A stretch of DNA of 64,000 nucleotides from Eledone cirrhosa (taxonomy: Eukaryota), in NCBI GenBank assembly GCA_964016885.1, contig OZ024756.1, positions 26,226,001-26,290,000 on the forward strand, in the 5' to 3' direction. Below the pieces are notes generated by a model. The model was not told where the DNA came from. It searched no databases and saw nothing but the letters and a program-made list of their open reading frames with translations. Positions 29,137-41,990 of the stretch are shown here, piece after piece. Positions within the stretch are counted from its first letter, which is position 1, and each line of letters starts with the position of its first letter. The translations under genes and the position numbers were made by a program.

Positions 29137-29827
29137 TTAACCCTTTAGCATTTAAACCGGCCGTATCCGGCCAGAATTCTCTTATCTCTTTATGTTCAAA
29201 CCAGCCATAACCAGCCACTCATATTGACGTTAAGGTATTGTTCTTAATAATATCAAAATCTTGTAGATTCAATATTGTGTGGGATGATTATGCGAAATAA
29301 AGCCTTTACTGCAAAAATACACTAGTAAATCTAAACTATAATAAAGTAAGAAGCGCGGGACTGTGTACGGTTTATAATTTTTTATCCCATTGGTAAAATA
29401 AGTTGGATTACTTTGAATAAATAATGAATGAATATTACATAATTTATCTACTAAATTTCGTGGCTGTTGATTAAATATATTTTATTATTTATTTAAAGAT
29501 TCACTTCTTTAAAATTTTCAAATGTCAACACTTCCGGTGGCGATCGCTTAAATAAACATATTAATTTTCTGTCACTAATTTTCTCTTAATGCAGTTTATA
29601 TATAATATCGTCTTTTTTAATATATCTTGGATTACGTTACTGATTACATAAGACAGTGTAACGCAGTCTTCGTTCTATTTCTGTGTATATTGTCAATTAC
29701 GATTTTATTTGATGTATCATATCTACATGTATATATACCTGCGTATAATATCAATATACACACTACACATGCTAGCAGAAGGGTAGTTTTCTGCTAGTAT
29801 AAAGTAATGTAAATGCTAAAGGGTTAA
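29137..29827. mobile_element. piggyBac-type MITE interrupted by a Helitron
   Basis: TTAA-CCCTTTAGCATTTA ... TAAATGCTAAAGGG-TTAA termini. Confidence 0.8.
29330..29797 (+). mobile_element. non-autonomous Helitron
   Basis: 5' TCTAAACTATAATAAAG and 3' CTAG, inserted at A|T without a TSD (empty site visible in the MITE copy at 52650). Other copies at ~42150-42560 (+) and ~22290-22385 (-). Confidence 0.8.
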
Positions 29828-30126
29828 ACTTTAAACTTTTTTAATCAAGTCATTGTTTCTATTATTGTCAACAATGGCCAACCTCCATATAGCGTCCAGT
29901 TGGCTAGGGAGACAACAACATCGCTCAGTGATCCGTTTTCCCATGGGTTTCCGTGCAAAGATGTTTCAGACTAGGAAATATAGTTACTATGGCAGTAATT
30001 AATTACTTTTTGTTTTGCAGTTCATCAATAGAAAAAAAAAAAAAGAAAAAATATATTTGTTTCTGATAATTAATTTTTTATCATCCGCAGACATATGTAT
30101 ATATGTATATATATATATATATATAG

Positions 30127-30246
30127 GAACGAGTAGGACCCCGACGGCTGAGCTCAAGCCGTTTCGACGGCTAATTCTGGACTAAATTTAGTCCAGAATT
30201 AGCCGTCGAAACGGCTTGAGCTCAGCCGTCGGGGTCCTACTCGTTC
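30127..30246. repeat. perfect 120-bp palindrome
   Basis: Centre ctaaa|tttag. The arm family also occurs singly at ~9450, ~46800, ~56385. Confidence 0.92.
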
Positions 30247-30326
30247 TTATTACCCACTCTACTACCCTAAGTATTGAGTACTTTGGTGCGTTATGGTCCA
30301 TCTGGCTCCTTACCACATTTCCTTCG

Positions 30327-30364
<38 letters not shown>

Positions 30365-30522
30365 GTGAGGTTTTTTTTTACAAAATGAAAAATAACCGAG
30401 GTGTCCTACACGAGTGAAAGTATAAAGAAAAAAAGATGAAATCGAAAATGCAACTAGAGTCTTATTTTAAAAAAAATATATATATATTTAAAAAAAATAA
30501 GACTCCAGTTGCATTTTCGATT

Positions 30523-30616
<94 letters not shown>

Positions 30617-30623
30617 AATATAC

Positions 30624-30672
<49 letters not shown>

Positions 30673-30702
30673 CATACATATATACATACATATATATATA
30701 AG

Positions 30703-30733
<31 letters not shown>

Positions 30734-31669
30734 GCATATATGTATATATATATATATATGTATATATATATACATATATATATATATATGTATATATATA
30801 TACATATATATATATATACACACAATATATATATATATATACAAGCTTCGCCTGCCAAAACTTTTATGTTGTCTTTTGTAACATTTTCGTTTTTATTGTT
30901 GTCTTTTAAATGTAGAAAGTCGGACGAGAAGCCCCCCCTACCCACCCCAACACTGAAAACTATAATGATACTGTTATTGGTGGATTGGCAGAATCGGTAG
31001 AGCGTCAGACAATGCTTTGCGAGTATTTAGTTACAACACTGGGATGTATATAATCGATTTTCATCCCCCATCCCCCTTCAAAATTGCTGGCCTTGTGCCT
31101 AAATTAGAAACCATTATTGTAATTCCACAGAGTACACGTTCATTCAAGAAAAGAAAATGGTAAACTAAAAAGAAAATGAATGAGCAAACACACTTTGTCG
31201 CTTAGTCCATCTTTGGAGAACAAAAAAACAAAGAAACCAAAAACTAAAAAAAAAAAAATTAAAAAGGCATATTTCATCGTCGCTGTTTACATCATAATAT
31301 TGAAAAAAAAAACAAAAGTGAGCCAAAAAGAAAACCAATTCTTTACTAAAAAAGTCTTGTGCTCAAATCACTTGCGCGTCACAATCAAATATGTTGAAAA
31401 ACAAAAATAATAAGACTGAACTTACTTCTTTTGCAGGTAAAGAACGAATAAATCTGATAAAATAATAAAATACATGGTGTGGGTAATTGGCTAATCAGTA
31501 AAAGGAAAAAAATAAAAGAAGATATGGAAGAGTCTAGACAGTAGAAGAAAAGTAAAAATTGGAGAAGGGATGAAAAACAATATACCTATCTATCTATATA
31601 CATATATGTATTTATGTATGTATGTAATATCTATCGATGTATATATATTTATGTATATATATACACATG

Positions 31670-31749
<80 letters not shown>

Positions 31750-31750
31750 T

Positions 31751-31826
<76 letters not shown>

Positions 31827-32094
31827 CATAAATATATATATACATATATATAGATATAGATATATATGTGTGTGTATGTATATATACTACATATGCATGC
31901 ATATGCAGACACGTAAAAAAACACTCCCACATGCAGAAACACATACACATGCATATACACACATATACATACACACACAAATCCCCAAGACAATGTGTAT
32001 GTGTGTGTGTGATTTTTTAAACTCTGCGATTTCCATCCACCATGTTTTTATAATGTGGTTGGTTAAATAGCAAAATTGACATTTCTAGAAGAAT

Positions 32095-32500
32095 CACGGA
32101 TGCCATAACCTTGACCTGTGGCACTAAGTGAGGTCACTGTGACACATGCCATAACCTTGACCTTGTGGTAGTAAGTTAGGTCACTGTGTCACAGCAACCT
32201 AACATATACCATAACCTTGACCTTGTGGCATTAAGTTAGGTGACTGTGTCACAGAAACCTGACTTATGCCATAACCTTGACCTTGTGGCATTAAGTTAGG
32301 TGACTGTGATACAGAATCCTGACATATGCCATAACGTTGACCTTGTGGCATTAAGTTAAGTACTGTGACACAGAATCCTGACATATACTTAACTTTGTGG
32401 CTCCGAGTTAGGTCACTGTGACATAGAAACCTGATGTATGCCATAACCTTGACCTTGCGGTACTATGCTGGGTCACAATGACACAACTGACATATACCAC
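32095..32500. repeat. 60-bp minisatellite
   Basis: Unit ccttgtggcattaagttaggtgactgtg..cctgac.tatgccataaccttga. Confidence 0.9.
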
Positions 32501-32795
32501 TTGGCATAGGATCATCTCCATCATTTGGTTTTTAAATCTGTTTACTTTACTCATTGTGATTATTATTATGATTATTGTTGTTATTATTGGATTGGCAGTA
32601 TCGGTAGAGCGTCGGACAACATGCCTTACAGCATAGTGTTACGGCCCTTTACGATCTGAGTTCAAATCCTGCTGAGGTTAGCTTTGCCTTTCATCCTTAC
32701 GGGGTCAATAAAATAAAGTACCAGTAATACACTGGGGTTGATTTAATCAACTCCCCCACCCCCAAAATTGCTGGCCTTGTGCCTAAATCAGAAAC

Positions 32796-32852
<57 letters not shown>

Positions 32853-33122
32853 CATATTACTAATAAAATTTTAAAAATATATCTTTTGCGTTTGACAGTT
32901 TCATTCCATGTATGTACGTATGTATGTATATATGTATGTATGTGTATATATATGTATGTATGTACGTATGTATGTATATATGTATGTATATATGTATGTA
33001 TGTGTGTATGTATGTATGTATGTATGTATGTATGTGTATATGTATGTATGTATGTATATATGTATGTATGTATATATGTATGTATATATGTATGTGTGTG
33101 TGTGTATGTATATATGTATGAA

Positions 33123-34360
33123 TGTTCTTCTGGTTTTATAACTATATAAATTGTTACCAGCAGAGAGAGAGTCGGTTTCTAACATAGACACAAGACTCTC
33201 TCATTGGAATTTACACAACATCAACTAGGTAGATTATGTATGCATGCATGTGTAGATATGGATGATATTGTTATGTTATTGTTATGTGTGGATGCGTATG
33301 TTTTGAGTTGTATGTGTGCATGTGTATATGCTTAGTATCTGTACATGTGTACAGTTATCAGATGCAACATTTTTTGGAATGTTTTTCATATTTTTACTGT
33401 TCCATTAATGGATTGTACTTGTAATTTCCTAACTAGTTGTGTTCTTTCTGTTCCTGTGAAGCCTAGCTTCTCAAGATTTGTATTGAGGCAGTTACTAACA
33501 TATCCCAGTGCCCCAATAATCACAGGCATAAATCTGAAGGTGTAATCAGGGTGCAGTATCTGCAGATTTCTCATCAGTTCTGCATAAATATTCTCCTTTT
33601 CACTAATCTTTGATATTATATTGGCATCTGCTGGGCAGCTAATTTCCACTACTGTGCATGCTTTCTTCTCCCTGTCCCATATCATAATGTCTGGTCTGTT
33701 ATGCCTGCCTTTTATTGGGGTTTTTACTGGAACATTCCACCAGTACTCTTTCATATTATGTATATGTATGTCTTCCACATTGCTGTAGCTTTTAATGTGC
33801 TTATCATCGGGGCTATCTTTTCTACGGATTGCATTGTACAGTGTTTTGACCACTACATCATGCCTCATAGGTAGATAGTACCGCGATGAAATTTTTGGAC
33901 AGCTGCTTATGACACGGGTGTCATCTACAATGTTAATTCTACAGAGTCTGCACTTGTTATCACATCTAGGTGTTTTGCCTGCATCCCTACCTCTTTTGTG
34001 AATCAGGTATTTTGTGTTAATTTCCTGTTCTTGGATTGCAAAAGCGTCTGTCTTTAACTTTAGGATTGTAGCCCAAGAAGAAAACAGCTTCTCTATGGCT
34101 CTGATAATAATGTCTGGGATTTTAGCAAGTCGGAGGGCCTCTATCATCCAAGAGTGGGGAACAGAATCAAAAGCTTTCCTCTAGTCCAGCTAAACTGTAG
34201 CCATATTTCTCGTAAGTTGTCGCACCTCCGACATCGCAGTTTTGTTGATTAGGAGTTGTTCAGCACATCCCCAAACCCCTTTCTTTCCAGCTGCTTGTTC
34301 ATCTGTGATGATGTTATTATTTTCACAGTGATCTTGAAGGTTCAGGCAGGCTGTATACAT
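33123..34360 (-). mobile_element. R4/Dong-like non-LTR element (restriction-like endonuclease), internally deleted
   Basis: KAFDSVPHSW RT segment joined to CRLC..SSC, RHD, RPDIMIWD, VEISCP and K..Y..L motifs. The 3'UTR abuts (TACA)n. Confidence 0.8.
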
Positions 34361-34444
34361 CTTATACATCAGGTTCTGGCATGCAATTGGTCGGTTGTTT
34401 TTTGCCAGGGGGGGTGTCTTTGTTCTTGGAGACCAGTAATGTTT

Positions 34445-34750
34445 GTGGTAATGTCAACCAAACTTCCGAACTGGCACCATCAATGTGAGTGCAATGAAAG
34501 GAAGAACAGGAGAGATTGTAGAGAAGCTAGAGCTAAACAAAATTGATGTATGTTGTGTGCAAGAGACTAAGATAGAGAGGAGAATCAGCTCGACTCCCTG
34601 TAGGCAAAAAACAGTGCTACAAATTTTTCTTGGTAGGCAATGACAACAGGCTGGGGGAAGTAGGTATTTTGTTAGCTGAAAAATGGGTAGTTAAGGTTAA
34701 TAAGAGAATCATTAAACTTAGACTAGACCAAAATAGAACAATGGTTACAA
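34445..34750 (+). mobile_element. RTE-type APE endonuclease fragment
   Basis: GTINVSAMKGR..IDVCCVQETK..VGILLAEKWV..RIIKLRL, with stops and frameshifts. Confidence 0.7.
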
Positions 34751-36700
34751 TCAAATGTGTAATCAGTATGTTTTCTTATACTAAGTGGATCTACAAGTTT
34801 TCTGAAAAAATCCAACCTCTCAATAACGTATTGAAATTTCTTCTCAATAGTCAACAAGTAAATGCATTTGAGCTGTTGAAGTTGGAATTAGCTAATGCTG
34901 CCATGTAAGAGATAGATGAGAACCTTCCATTTACTGTTGAGACTGATGGCTCCAACTTTGCTATATCTGCACTCCTAAGCCAAGATGGAAGACCAGTAGC
35001 TTTCCATTCTCGTACGCTACAAAGAAGTGAACTGTACTACTCCCCTGCTGAAAAAGAAGCCCAGGCAATACTTGAATCAATTCACCATTGGAGACACTTC
35101 CTTCTTGGTAGGCATTTCACATTAATTACTGATCAACGTTCTGTTGCATTTATGTAGGACTATAAATCTACAAGCAAAACAAAAAATGATAAAATTATGA
35201 GATGGCACATTGCATTTCCCCATACTCGTCCTGGATCCTGTAAAACCACTCCAGATGCATCCATCAGGGTATGCTGTTCAGTAGTTAGTTCACATTCACT
35301 GTGTGAATTATATGCAGCACTATGCCACCCGGATGTAACATGTCTCCACCATTTCATACACACAAGGAATCTTCCATATTCAGTGAAAAATGGGAAACAA
35401 GTTTGTAGAAACTGCCCTATATATTAAGAAGTAAAGCCGCAGTATTATAAACCATACCCAGTTGATTTAATCAAAGCCATGCAACCATTCGAGCGAATTT
35501 TGATTGATTTCAAAGGTCTGATTCCTTCTCCAAAACATCCTCATCCTTTAACGACTGATGATAAATAATCACGGTTTCTGTTTAGTTATCCAGTATTTGA
35601 TACATCAGCTCAGGCAGTCATAAAATGTTTTAGAAACTTGTTTTCAATTTTCGGTATGCTCAGTTATGTACTTTCCGATCGTGAAACTGCCTTTATGTCA
35701 GCAGAATTGAGAGAATGGCTCTACAGTAAGGGCATTGCAACAAATAGAACAACACCTTATAATCCCAGAGCGATATAATGGTATTATATGGAAATCAAGA
35801 GCGGTGGATTGGCAGTATCGGTAGAGGGTCGGACGCAATGCTTTGCAGCGTAGAGTAACGGCCCTTTACAGTCTGAGTTCAAATACCATCGAGGTTAACT
35901 TTGCCTTTCATCCTTACGGGGTCGAAAAAATAAAGTACCAGTAATACACTGGGATAATTGCTGGCCTTGTGCCAAAAGTAGAAACAATTATATGGAAATC
36001 AGTAATACTCTCCTTGAAAACTCATGGCTTTCCAGTATCTTCATGGAAAACGGTTCTACTTGATGAATTATATTCAATCAGATCTCTCTTTTGTACATCC
36101 ACCAACGCTAGTCCTTGTGAACGTCTCTTCAAGTATGAAAGACGTTCAGCTACTGGAACATCCCTGCCATCATGGCTTCCCAACCCAAGACCTGTTCTTG
36201 TGCAAAGGAACATTTTGCACTAGTAAGTATAACACTTTCGTTGACCAAGTTGATTTAATCGAAGCTAACTCCCAATACACACACATTCGTTATCCAGAGG
36301 GCCATGAAACAACGGTTTCTTCCAAACAATTAGCATCACTGAGGAAAATCAATCCTACAAACGAATTACCTCAGACACACATGGTCCCCCAAGTGCCAGA
36401 CAGAAATCTAACAGGAAGGCATTTACCTCATAGAGGATGACCCTTTAGAACAACAAGGCGAATTCCCTCAACAGCGTCGAACCCATAGAAAAGCATCAGA
36501 AAGGCTTGACTTATGAGATATTTTCATATAATGGAAAATGTATAAATGCAGTAACCTCCCTTGACATGAAAGAGAGTATGCACATTGTCAGTATCATGGA
36601 TGCCATTTTGTTTTGGTGATGTTTTTATCGCCAGTTTGAGACTTGTATTAGACTAAGTTTAGTCAATACTAAACCTCCTGAGACTGCCTCTGATTATACT
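34750..36700 (+). mobile_element. degenerate Gypsy/Ty3 LTR retrotransposon pol (RNase H then integrase)
   Basis: FTVETDGS..LSQDGRPVAFHSRTL..EKEAQA..WRHFLLGRHFTLITDQ. Integrase PFERILIDFKG, VLSDRETAF, TTPYNP. Multiple stops. Confidence 0.85.
35798..35990 (+). mobile_element. tRNA-derived SINE (Meta-domain-like) with 15-bp TSD inside the Gypsy integrase
   Basis: A box TGGCAGTATCGG, B box GAGTTCAAAT, core GCCTTTCATCCTTACGGGGTCGA. TSD attatatggaaatca at 35783-35797 and 35987-36001. Confidence 0.88.
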
Positions 36701-36869
36701 ATGCAAAACTATATTTTAATGTGTTCTTATTCATCCACTATCTTTATATCATAATTTTATGTAAAAATCATAGTCAAGTTATATTTCAAACACCAGCTTA
36801 ATGATGAGAAAGTTAGTAAATCTCACCAAATTCTTGATTATTTAAAAAATTTATTTGGAAATTATCGGC

Positions 36870-38115
36870 AGTCTTTCATTGGAAATATCATAAAGAAAGG
36901 TTTAAATGTAGAGACAGTGACTTTCATTAGAAATATGGTAATGAAAGGGTTAAAGACATTGGTAGTGTCTTTCATTAGAAATATGGTAATGAAAGGGTTA
37001 AAGACATTGGTAGTGTCTTTCATTAGAAATATAGTAATGAAAGGGTTAAAGACATAGACAGTGTCTTTCATTAGAAATATGGTAATGAATTGTTAAAGAC
37101 ATAGACAGTGTCTTTCATTAGAAATATGGTAATGAATTGTTAAAGACATAGACAGTGTCTTTCATTAGAAATATGGTAATGAATTGTTAAAGACATAGAG
37201 AGTGTCTTTCATTAGAAATATGGTAATGAATTGTTGAAGACATAGACAGTGTCTTTCATTAGAAATATGGTAATGAAAGGGTTAAAAAAATAGACAGTGT
37301 CTTTCATTAGAAATATGGTAATGAATTGTTAAAGATATAGAGAGTGTCTTTCATTAGAAATATGGTAATGAAAGGGTTAAAGACATAGACAGTGTCTTTC
37401 ATTAGAAATATGGTAATGAATTGTTAAAGATATAGGTAGTGTCTTTCATTAGAAATATGGTAATGAAAGGGTTAAAGATATTGGTAGTGTCTTTCATTAG
37501 AAATATAGTAATGAAAGGGTTAAAGACATAGACAGTGTCTTTCATTAGAAATATGGTAATGAATTGTTAAAGACATAGACAGTGTCTTTCATTAGAAATA
37601 TAGTAATGAATTGTTAAAGACATAGACAGTGTCTTTCATTAGAAATATAGTAATGAATTGTTAAAGACATAGACAGTGTCTTTCATTAGAAATATAGTAA
37701 TGAATTGTTTAAGATATAGAGAGTGTCTTTCATTAGAAATATGGTAATGAAAGGGTTAAAGACATAGACAGTGTCTTTCATTAGAAATATGGTAATGAAA
37801 GGGTTAAAGATATAGAGAGTGTCTTTCATTAGAAATATGGTAATGAAAGGGTTAAAGATATAGGTAGTGTCTTTCATTAGAAATATGGTAATGAAAGGGT
37901 TAAAGACATTGGTAATGTCTTTCATTAGAAATATAGTAATGAAAGGGTTAAAGACATAGACAGTGTCTTTCATTAGAAATATGGTAATGAATTGTTAAAG
38001 ACATAGACAGTGTCTTTCATTAGAAATATGGTAATGAATTGTTAAAGACATAGACAGTGTCTTTCATTAGAAATATGGTAATGAAAGGGTTAAAGATATA
38101 GGTAGTGTCTTTCAT
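36870..38115. repeat. 47-48-bp minisatellite (~25 units)
   Basis: Unit tctttcattagaaatatggtaatgaaagggttaaagacatagacagtg. Second array at 43100-43472. Confidence 0.95.
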
Positions 38116-38274
38116 ATACTTGTTTTGTTTTTCTTTTTCACATTGTGACTCCACATTTCTCCCCCCCACCTCCTAAGATTACGTCAATAAGTAAATATAC
38201 AATCACCGGGCCCCACCTATCTCAGACCTAAATGACGGCTTTGTACTTTTATGCATTTGTGTGTGTGTGGATAC

Positions 38275-38309
<35 letters not shown>

Positions 38310-38311
38310 TC

Positions 38312-38342
<31 letters not shown>

Positions 38343-38719
38343 ACATATATATTTACTGCTTGTGGGTGTGTTTTTCTGTCAATATAGGTAGTAGGAGGAG
38401 TACAGGGAGGGGGGGGGGAAGTGTGTAACAGCTAGGTGACTTTGATAGCTATCAATTACCATGACAACATGATCTAATCAAATGCCACGTGACAGAAATT
38501 TCTTATTTTCTATTTTCTCCCCTATAAGTTCAGTAGATAAAGCAACCACTACCTATAAACTTCTCAACTTCAGTTAAGACTGATAAAAAGGTAAAGATTA
38601 GAAACAACATCATCCAATCACCATAACAAACTCAACACACAACACATACACAGAACTCAACACGACACAAGCACCACTACACAGTAATACACACTGTAAT
38701 AAACAGAGTAATACACACA

Positions 38720-39250
38720 GACTTCAACATACACACAGACTTCAACACCACACAAACATCACAACACACACACACAAAACTCAATGCAACACAAGCACCA
38801 CAACAAACACAGTAATACTACAACATACACACAGACTTCAACACCACACAAACATCACAACACACACACACAAAACTCAATGCAACACAAGCACCACAAC
38901 AAACACAGTAATACTACAACATACACACAGACTTCAACACCACACAAACATCACAACACACACACACAAAACTCAATGCAACACAAGCACCACAACAAAC
39001 ACAGTAATACTACAACATACACACAGACTTCAACACCACACAAACATCACAACACACACACACAAAACTCAACGCAACACAAGCACCATAACAAACACAG
39101 TAACACTACAACATACACACAGACTTAACACCACACAAACATCACAACACACACACACAAAACTCAACGCAACACAAGCACCATAACAAACACAGTAACA
39201 CTATCACATACACACGGACTTCAACACCACACAAACACCACAACACACAC
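38720..39250. repeat. 96-bp CA-rich minisatellite
   Basis: About 5 units, seen as a 32-aa periodicity in the ORF track. Confidence 0.9.
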
Positions 39251-39385
39251 ATACATATATGCTTTCTCTTTGATCTTGTTGTTGTTTTACTACACACCAA
39301 ATCTTTGTTGTTGTATATATATATATATATATATATATTAACTTATTGATTTGTGTGTGTTTGCGTTTGTTTTGTTTTCACATAG

Positions 39386-39426
39386 CACCTGGACTACACT
39401 AACCTGTGGGATTACATTGGACACAG
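39386..39426 (+). other. candidate 5'UTR exon of the ABCA gene
   Basis: Short unique segment between a pyrimidine tract plus catag acceptor and a strong CAG|gtaagc donor. Other candidate donors at ~31437 and ~38591. No transcript support. Confidence 0.3.
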
Positions 39427-39751
39427 GTAAGCAAAGCTATCTAAACTATTTCAAACTATTTAAATATATCTATGTGGATGGATCCAGGCTTGGATTAGTT
39501 TTAGTATGTATGTATGTTATGTCAGGTCGCTCTTGAGTGCTACTGGTAACATGTAACCCAGCAACCTGTCTCATGGTTGGGTTGTCAGTGACAAAACCAA
39601 CAACCCCACCAAGCTAGGTTGGTGAGGAAGGTGATTTTTGACACCCTGCAGGACAAAAAACAAAACCTGACAAAAGGCGGAAGAACTCATAAGAGTCAAC
39701 GGCCATCCAAAAATGGGTAAATATGTATATACATATGTACATGTGTATGTA

Positions 39752-39807
<56 letters not shown>

Positions 39808-39902
39808 TATTGAAGTTTCCGTTGAAAATTGAAAAAGTCATAGGAGTGAAGAGTGCTCTATGTAAGTTACAGAGCTAAATTTAATGTATAATAAACAATA
39901 CA

Positions 39903-40003
39903 ATATAATTACCTCATTACCAGAGGTTTCCCGAATAAGACGAATGCGCACGTTTCTTGTATTCGTCTTATTCGAGAAACCTCTGGTAATGAGGTAATTA
40001 TAT
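39903..40003. repeat. fold-back inverted repeat
   Basis: Arms carry GAAACCTCTGGTAATGAG, related to the 14-kb hammerhead 3' half. Confidence 0.88.
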
Positions 40004-41034
40004 TTAATTGTTTATTATAAATTATATATATATATAAAAATGTGAGTCCAAAGAACCATTAGATATGAATTTAATATATATATATATATATACATGTGTG
40101 TATATATATGCGGGGGACATAGAAATAATTGGGCTGGATACCCAATTGCACAGTTAAACTACTGGGAGTGAAGGACGCATAGCCTTTGTCAGGGCATTCT
40201 TTTAGGAGAAGGTAACTCAGGAAACTGGGATAACTCCGACATAAAACCTGCGGTTCAGTAGTTACTGATGATGTTGATCTTTTCTTCTTTTCGGGTTATA
40301 GCTAGTGTCGCTCAGACAGTGGGATTGGCTCAGTGCACAATCTTTCCTCACTATAAAAAAAATCTGTATGTATGTATGTATGTATGTATGTATGTATATA
40401 TATGTCAGGTCACCAGTTGGTGCTACTGGTAACATGTATCCCAGTACAATCTGTCCCATGGTCGGGTCGTTGGCGACTAAACTGGCAACCCCACCAAGGT
40501 TTCTTGGTGAGGAGGGTGACTTTGGACATCCTGCAGGACTAAAAACAAAACCTGTCAAAGGGCAAAGGAGCTCTTAAGAGTCAATGGCCATCCAAAATCA
40601 CTGGGAGAGATGACCCCTTAGCCTTTGTCAAGTCAGAATTAGTGGCCGTACTCGAAAACGAGTTGGCAGCTACCATGTATGTATGTATGTATGTATGTTC
40701 TTCTGGTTTTTTAATTTCACAAATTTTTACCAATAGAGAGAGAGTTGGTTTCTAACATAGATACAAGAAACTCTCGTTGGAATTTACACAACATCAACTA
40801 GATAGATATGTATGTATGTATGTATGTATGAATGTATATATGTGTGTGTGCAGTTAAGTATGTACGTATGTATATCTACATATATATAATTAGTTACAAC
40901 AGTAACATATAGAGGTTATATAAAAAGAAGATGGCTACACCTGTGTGGGAGTAACTAATTATACTTAACTCGTCCTATGGACTGAGTGCTCCAACCCTTG
41001 GATATTTCTACCAAATTTATACTACAGTGTGCGC

Positions 41035-41069
<35 letters not shown>

Positions 41070-41384
41070 TGTATGTATAGTATATTTGGCAATAAACATT
41101 TAGAAGACCATTCACTATAAGTTTTAAAGTAGTGTTATGTCACTTACTTATTCTCTGCACTTACACACTGTAGTATTCTTTATCTTTTATCTAGTGTATA
41201 AACTATTTTCATATCATTCTAATACTAAGGTCTGATGACATGGTGAGTTGGCTTACAGTGTACTTTCGGTTTTTGATAATATTTGTGTATTATTCAAGTA
41301 GCGAAGTATAGGTAACTCATACACTATAGAAACAATTGTTACCTAATAAATTCTATATACCCGCATTTCCATTTCGTAAATTTT

Positions 41385-41446
<62 letters not shown>

Positions 41447-41609
41447 GGACACACACATCTACATACACAGACCTACACATGCACACACATACATACACAC
41501 ACAAAGGAGTTATGCTTGGCTGGTTTTTGTCAAATGGAGGTGTGGGGGTGTCTACTGCTGACAAAGAAGGGGGTGTTCAATTAACAGTAAAAGATTTGGT
41601 CAGTATTTG

Positions 41610-41906
41610 TAGCAATAGTGGTAGCAGCAATAAAGGTAGTACTACTACTAGTAGTAGTAGTAGTAGTAGTAGTAACAATAGTGGTAGCAATAGTAAAGGT
41701 AGTAGTAGTAGTAGTAGTAGTAGTAGCAGTAGCAGTAGTAGTATTAACAATAGTGGTAGCAGCAATAAAGGTAGTACTACTACTAGTAGTAGTAGTAGTA
41801 GTAGTAACAATAGTGGTAGCAATAGTAAAGGTAGTAGTAGTAGTAGTAGTAGTAGCAGTAGTAGTATTAACAATAGTGGTAGCAGCAATAAAGGTAGTAC
41901 GAGTAA

Positions 41907-41950
<44 letters not shown>

Positions 41951-41990
41951 AAGGTAGTAGTAGTAGTGATAATAAAAGCAGCAACAGTGA
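41610..41990. repeat. (TAG)n-based compound repeat with higher-order duplication
   Basis: Direct inspection. Confidence 0.9.

Noticed and set aside
36870-38115. CRISPR-like look of the palindromic repeat array
   Set aside because: No unique spacers, no cas genes, eukaryotic context.
41232-41275. CTGATGA followed by a hairpin
   Set aside because: No GAAA or stem III/I partner. Isolated CTGANGA hits at ~17169, ~17282 and ~11931 (-) are likewise incomplete.
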